Source: Candidatus Eiseniibacteriota bacterium
GTDB lineage: Bacteria; Eisenbacteria; RBG-16-71-46
DNA length: 19,788 nucleotides
Assembly: GCA_031366795.1 (NCBI GenBank)
Contig: JANLOX010000078.1
Location: 1 to 19,788, forward strand
Direction of reading: 5' to 3'
Part shown: positions 15,123 to 19,788 of the stretch, one piece after another
How positions within the stretch are numbered: the stretch's first letter is position 1
Layout of the letters: the number at the start of each line of letters is the position of its first letter
Translations under genes and position numbers: made by a program
The notes under the pieces: generated by a model
Seen by the model: only the letters and a program-made list of their open reading frames with translations
Databases searched by the model: none
What the model was told of the DNA's origin: nothing

Positions 15123-15860
15123 ATGCGTCGCATGATCCTTCGCCTGCCCGCTGTGTTCTTGCTGCTGTGTGGCGCTACTTCCGTGTGGGCGTTCTCCACC
15201 GGCCCACCGGCTTCGCGCACGAACAGTCCGGCGTTTGGTATCTATCCCGCCGAAACGAATTGCACCGCCTGCCACTCCGGAAGCGCGCTGAACGACCCGA
15301 ATGGCAAGGTCGAGTTGCTCGATGTGCCGTTCCGCTACAACCCGGGGCAGACCTACCCATTGCGCGTGCGCTTGAGTTACTCGCTGGCGGACACCACGGG
15401 CATCCTCAATCCCAAGTGGGGGTTCGAGCTCACCGCGGTCAACCCGGCCGACGGCAAGGGAGTGGGCACATTCGTCACTCCGAATCCCGGCGCCAGCCCG
15501 TTGTACCCGGACTCCTTGAAAATCATCACCGCCACGAGCGGCACGTTCGCGACGTCCGGTCGCCAGTACATCGAGCACTCGTCATTTTCGACGCGTACCG
15601 ACCGGCCCTCACCGGTCGAGTGGACGGCGAACTGGGTGGCACCCTTGACCACTCCGGGCCAGGTCAACTTCTACGTCTCCGGGAACTCGGCGAATGGCAC
15701 GGGCAGCACCAGCGGCGATCACATCTTCACGGGCTCGGAAATCACCGACGTTTACAACCCCGCAGTGCCTGCGAGCTCGCCCGCCACGATCGCCGCGCTG
15801 CTGCTGATCTTGGTGAGCGTCGGCGCTGGCGCACTGATCATTCGCCGCCGTCCGGCGTAA
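15123..15860 (+). CDS. Secreted reeler-like (choice-of-anchor V-like) protein with CxxCH motif and IPTL-CTERM-like C-terminal sorting signal, 245 aa
   Basis: Signal peptide ending SVWA|FS; STGPPASRT..NCTACHSG; YNPGQTY, WGFELTA, FYVSGNSANGTGSTSGDHIF; tail VPASSP-hydrophobic helix-RRR. CAGGA upstream of ATG 15123. Confidence 0.85.
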   Translation: MRRMILRLPAVFLLLCGATSVWAFSTGPPASRTNSPAFGIYPAETNCTACHSGSALNDPNGKVELLDVPFRYNPGQTYPLRVRLSYSLADTTGILNPKWGFELTAVNPADGKGVGTFVTPNPGASPLYPDSLKIITATSGTFATSGRQYIEHSSFSTRTDRPSPVEWTANWVAPLTTPGQVNFYVSGNSANGTGSTSGDHIFTGSEITDVYNPAVPASSPATIAALLLILVSVGAGALIIRRRPA

Positions 15861-15883
15861 AACTGTGGGGGCCGCACCCCGCA

Positions 15884-15928
15884 AGAAGGCCCGGCGCATT
15901 CAACACGCGCCGGGCCTTCTGCTGTTTT
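15884..15928. terminator. Intrinsic terminator, probably bidirectional, between convergent genes
   Basis: Perfect 14-bp stem AGAAGGCCCGGCGC (15884-15897) / GCGCCGGGCCTTCT (15907-15920), 9-nt loop, followed by GCTGTTTT. Confidence 0.85.
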
Positions 15929-15958
15929 GCATTGAACCGCCGCCCACGCTGAAGCGAT

Positions 15959-18616
15959 TTAGCGATTGAAGTAGTACGTCGCCTTGACCAGGAAGATATT
16001 GTTCGAATCGAGCTTGCCGATCTGGCTGATGGAGTGGTTGAAGGCGAATTCGCCCGAGTCCTCCACGCCCTCGCGGCTCTGCGTCCACACGAAATACAGC
16101 GCGGCCCCGGGAGTGTATTCCCAGCGGAACACGGCGTTCCCGCGCAGCGATTTGTAGTTGAAGTCCGTGGGATGGCCCACCGTCGCCGAGCCCGCTGCGC
16201 CGTCCGGATCGAACGCTCCCGTTGCCGCGTCGTAGGTCCACGTGCCACTGCCTTCGCCCTGCTTGTAGAAGTCGAGGCTGCGCGACTTTGCCAGTTCGCG
16301 CACGTTGGTAAACTTACCGCTCGAGATCAGCGGCTGGCCATAGAACTGCAGGCTCATCTTGGGCGTGAACGAGATGTTGAGCCGCACGTTGGACGAGAAC
16401 GTCTGCTGCTCGATCGTGGAGAACATGTAGCGGCGCCGGTACGTATCACTCGCCGCAGCGTCGGCGAAGCTGGTGTAGTAGAACGCGCCGTCACGCGTGT
16501 GCTCGTAACTGGGCACGAAGCTCACCGACAGGTTCGGCATCGGCTTGTAGGTGAAGTTCAGCTCGCTGTTCCAGGTGTGCGAGTTCTCTCCCGGCTGCGA
16601 GTATGAATATGCCGAGAGGTAGTAGTAGCGCTTGCGACTGCCGTCGGTGTCGAAGAAGAACGTCAACTCGGTGCCCGGCGCCTTGAGCATCAACGGGCCG
16701 CCGCGACTGCGGCGCGCGCTGGTGGTCTGCGGATTAGCGGCGACCCCCGTCTCCAGCGTCCAGTTGTTGTGGAACCACCAGAACCCCTTGCCCCACACAC
16801 CGGCGCCCACGAGATCGCCGTCGAAGTCCTTGCTTGCGAACACGGCGGAGGACACATTGTGGTTCTTCACGTTTTTCGTGGGTGTCGTCCACTTGTACTG
16901 TCCCGCGATGTGAGTGTTGATGACATCGCTGCGGCTCATGAACCCCAGGTCGTTGAGCTCGAGGCCGGGCGAGATGAAGCCGATCGCCGAATTGCTGGTG
17001 AAGTTGCCCTTCTCCTTGTTGAGCCACACGCGCGCCGTCCCGCCCTGCAGCGAAGTCGCGGCGGTATCGAGCGAGAACGAATTGGCGTCGGGCCGCTGGA
17101 AGTAGTGGCGCGACGAGCTTTCGATCGCCGTGATGCGCGCCTCGGTGGCATTGACGTAGGTGCCCGCCACGAAGCCCGACGCCACCCACACCTTGCTGGG
17201 ATCGAGGAAGTGCCAGCCGTCGATCACGCCGGTGAGTGCCGCCTTGTTGAATTCGTTCTCGAGTCGCGAGTCGTCGAACTTGCGGGCGGTCACCGTGGTC
17301 AGCACTCCCAGACCGTTGCGCCGCTCCTTGAATTCCTTGAGCGCGCGCGCCACGCCGTAGTAGGTCACTGGCTCAACCTCGGCTCGCCCGCGCGACAGAT
17401 CGGAGAACTGCACGTCAGCGCGCTCACGCGAGGTGACCGCGTGGAGCATGCCGAAGTTGAGACCTTCCGAAAGCTTGCCGCTCACCTTGGCAGCACCCAG
17501 GATCGTGGTGCCGTCCGGCACATCGGCAAAGTCCGAGCCGTTCGGCAGACTGCCCTGCGGGGCATGGCCGATGCGGCGCGAGTAGAAGAACGTCGGCTGT
17601 GGGTAGTTGAACCCCCAGTAGTCGCTGGCCCCTTGCTGGCCGGCATCGAAGATTGAGCTGCCCTGCACGAAGAACGGACGCTTCTCGGGGAAGAACGTCT
17701 CGACGTCGCTCAGGTTGACTACCGCAGGGTCGACCTCGACCTGCCCGAAGTCCGGATTCACCGTGGCGTTGACCGTCAGCTTGTTGCCGAGCGCCATGCG
17801 CAGGTCGCCGCCCAGGTTCGGGCTGATGCTCGAGCCGTCGTTGAACGGGTCATGCGGCGCGTGCTGCAGGAACTTCGCCTTCGAGGTGGCGAATGGCGTG
17901 ATCTCGATGGCTCTGCCCGGCGACACGTTCGACAACCCCAGCAGCGCCGGGAAGCGCGAGACGAAGCCGCTCTCGTTGCGGGGGCTGTAGACGAGGAAGT
18001 CGTCCTCGAAGCCACGTCCCATCGCGCGCGAAAAATTGATGCCCCACTCCTGGCGGTCACTCTTGGCGAAGCGGAGCTGGGAGAATGGGATCTTCATCTC
18101 GGCAGTCCAGCCCTCGGCGTCGACCTTCGACTTCGCGTCCCACACACCGTCCCAGGAGTCGTCGTTCCCGCCGTCGTTATACAGCGTCCCGTCGTACAGC
18201 GTGCCGCCGGCGTTGACTTTGAAGTAGTAGCCGCTGCGCCGGTCACGGTAAGGATCGAGATAGACGCCAAAGTCATCGGAGTGGTACCCGCCCGAATCGC
18301 GCCGCGACAACAGCTTCACGATCGAATCGGGGTGCGCATCGAACATGCGTGCGCCGATGTAGATCGCGTCATCGTCGTAGAGCACGCACACCTCGGTGCG
18401 CTGTGCTCCCGGCGCGCCCTGGTTGGGCTCCTTCTGGCAAAAATTCGAGATGACGGGAGCATTCTTCCAGTCGGCTTCCGACAGCACGCCATCGATGGCG
18501 ATCGCTCCGGTGGCGCGCTGGATCTGGACGTCGGGGCAATGGGGCGGCGGCGGCGAATCCGCCGCGGCGGCGGAGACCCACAGCAGGGACAGCAGGGCGA
18601 GAACGGCTCGCTTCAT
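15959..18616 (-). CDS. CBM9-like + DUF5916 domain secreted/outer-membrane protein, 885 aa
   Basis: Signal peptide MKRAVLALLSLLWVSAAAA; CBM9-like IDGVLSEADW...TEV..LYDDDAIY...WTAEMKIPFSQLRF; DUF5916 signature TVNPDFGQVEVD..VNLS..E.FFPEKRPFF, FYSRRIG; OMP-like end FLVKATYYFNR; GGAG SD. Confidence 0.92.
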   Translation of the reverse strand: MKRAVLALLSLLWVSAAAADSPPPPHCPDVQIQRATGAIAIDGVLSEADWKNAPVISNFCQKEPNQGAPGAQRTEVCVLYDDDAIYIGARMFDAHPDSIVKLLSRRDSGGYHSDDFGVYLDPYRDRRSGYYFKVNAGGTLYDGTLYNDGGNDDSWDGVWDAKSKVDAEGWTAEMKIPFSQLRFAKSDRQEWGINFSRAMGRGFEDDFLVYSPRNESGFVSRFPALLGLSNVSPGRAIEITPFATSKAKFLQHAPHDPFNDGSSISPNLGGDLRMALGNKLTVNATVNPDFGQVEVDPAVVNLSDVETFFPEKRPFFVQGSSIFDAGQQGASDYWGFNYPQPTFFYSRRIGHAPQGSLPNGSDFADVPDGTTILGAAKVSGKLSEGLNFGMLHAVTSRERADVQFSDLSRGRAEVEPVTYYGVARALKEFKERRNGLGVLTTVTARKFDDSRLENEFNKAALTGVIDGWHFLDPSKVWVASGFVAGTYVNATEARITAIESSSRHYFQRPDANSFSLDTAATSLQGGTARVWLNKEKGNFTSNSAIGFISPGLELNDLGFMSRSDVINTHIAGQYKWTTPTKNVKNHNVSSAVFASKDFDGDLVGAGVWGKGFWWFHNNWTLETGVAANPQTTSARRSRGGPLMLKAPGTELTFFFDTDGSRKRYYYLSAYSYSQPGENSHTWNSELNFTYKPMPNLSVSFVPSYEHTRDGAFYYTSFADAAASDTYRRRYMFSTIEQQTFSSNVRLNISFTPKMSLQFYGQPLISSGKFTNVRELAKSRSLDFYKQGEGSGTWTYDAATGAFDPDGAAGSATVGHPTDFNYKSLRGNAVFRWEYTPGAALYFVWTQSREGVEDSGEFAFNHSISQIGKLDSNNIFLVKATYYFNR

Positions 18617-18925
18617 GGCTCGCACTCCGAGGACAAGAGACGGTTCGCTGGGGACGATGGCATGATCCACGACCCAACTCTAGGAGAGGATGTGCCCTCT
18701 CCTCTGGGGATCATGTGCAGCGCCGTCTGGTCGGGCGGGAACCGTGCACAGTACCTGCGGCGAAAGAGGAGGTGCCTTCTTCCGGCCGCGGGGCACGCAC
18801 GCACGATTCCTGCGCGGCGCAACTCTATATCGCAATGTGGGACGACTGCACTCCCTACCGCAACCCGGTCATGACGAGCGCCGATGATCAAGGGACAGGC
18901 GTGCAGGCTCCCTGCTCATGTGGGG

Positions 18926-18953
18926 TTACGTCGCGGGGCGGCTTCAGGTTGCA
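18926..18953 (-). promoter_or_regulatory. Putative ECF-sigma promoter upstream of the DUF5916 gene
   Basis: Minus strand TGCAAC-N17-CGTAA resembles the AAC/CGT ECF promoter consensus. Confidence 0.4.
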
Positions 18954-18991
18954 TGGCACACGAGCGCGGGACCGCAAGGCACGAACGCGGT

Positions 18992-19788
<797 letters not shown>

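Noticed and set aside
16034..18874. Plus-strand ORFs 16034..16606, 16769..17656 and 17852..18874
   Set aside because: Antisense to the DUF5916 gene, no protein-like features.

Overview
GC-rich (roughly two-thirds GC by eye) bacterial chromosomal window, gene-dense, probably from a diderm; a Candidatus Eisenbacteria/FCB-type origin is only a guess. Left to right: the 3' part of a HAMP-HisKA-HATPase sensor kinase coupled to a doubly frameshifted outer-membrane beta-barrel gene; a membrane-anchored hypothetical; an Mhq-type ring-cleaving dioxygenase plus carboxylesterase pair (- strand); two GT-C-fold membrane glycosyltransferases (ArnT/PMT-like and TMTC-like with TPRs) flanking a small secreted Ala/Ser/Thr/Pro-rich ORF; a seven-gene minus-strand futalosine (menaquinone) cluster, mqnE - DinB - rhodanese - Ser-less alpha/beta-hydrolase - mqnA - TIGR00266/AIM24 - mqnC, lacking mqnB and mqnD; a secreted CxxCH reeler-like protein with an IPTL-CTERM-like tail; a bidirectional terminator; a CBM9-like/DUF5916 protein with a long structured leader; and the 3' part of psuG. 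I saw no rRNA, tRNA, CRISPR or mobile element. The best candidate for an undescribed system is the futalosine cluster interleaved with sulfur/thiol-handling genes and a pseudo-hydrolase, near a quinone-detox pair. All family assignments come from motif recognition, not database searches.
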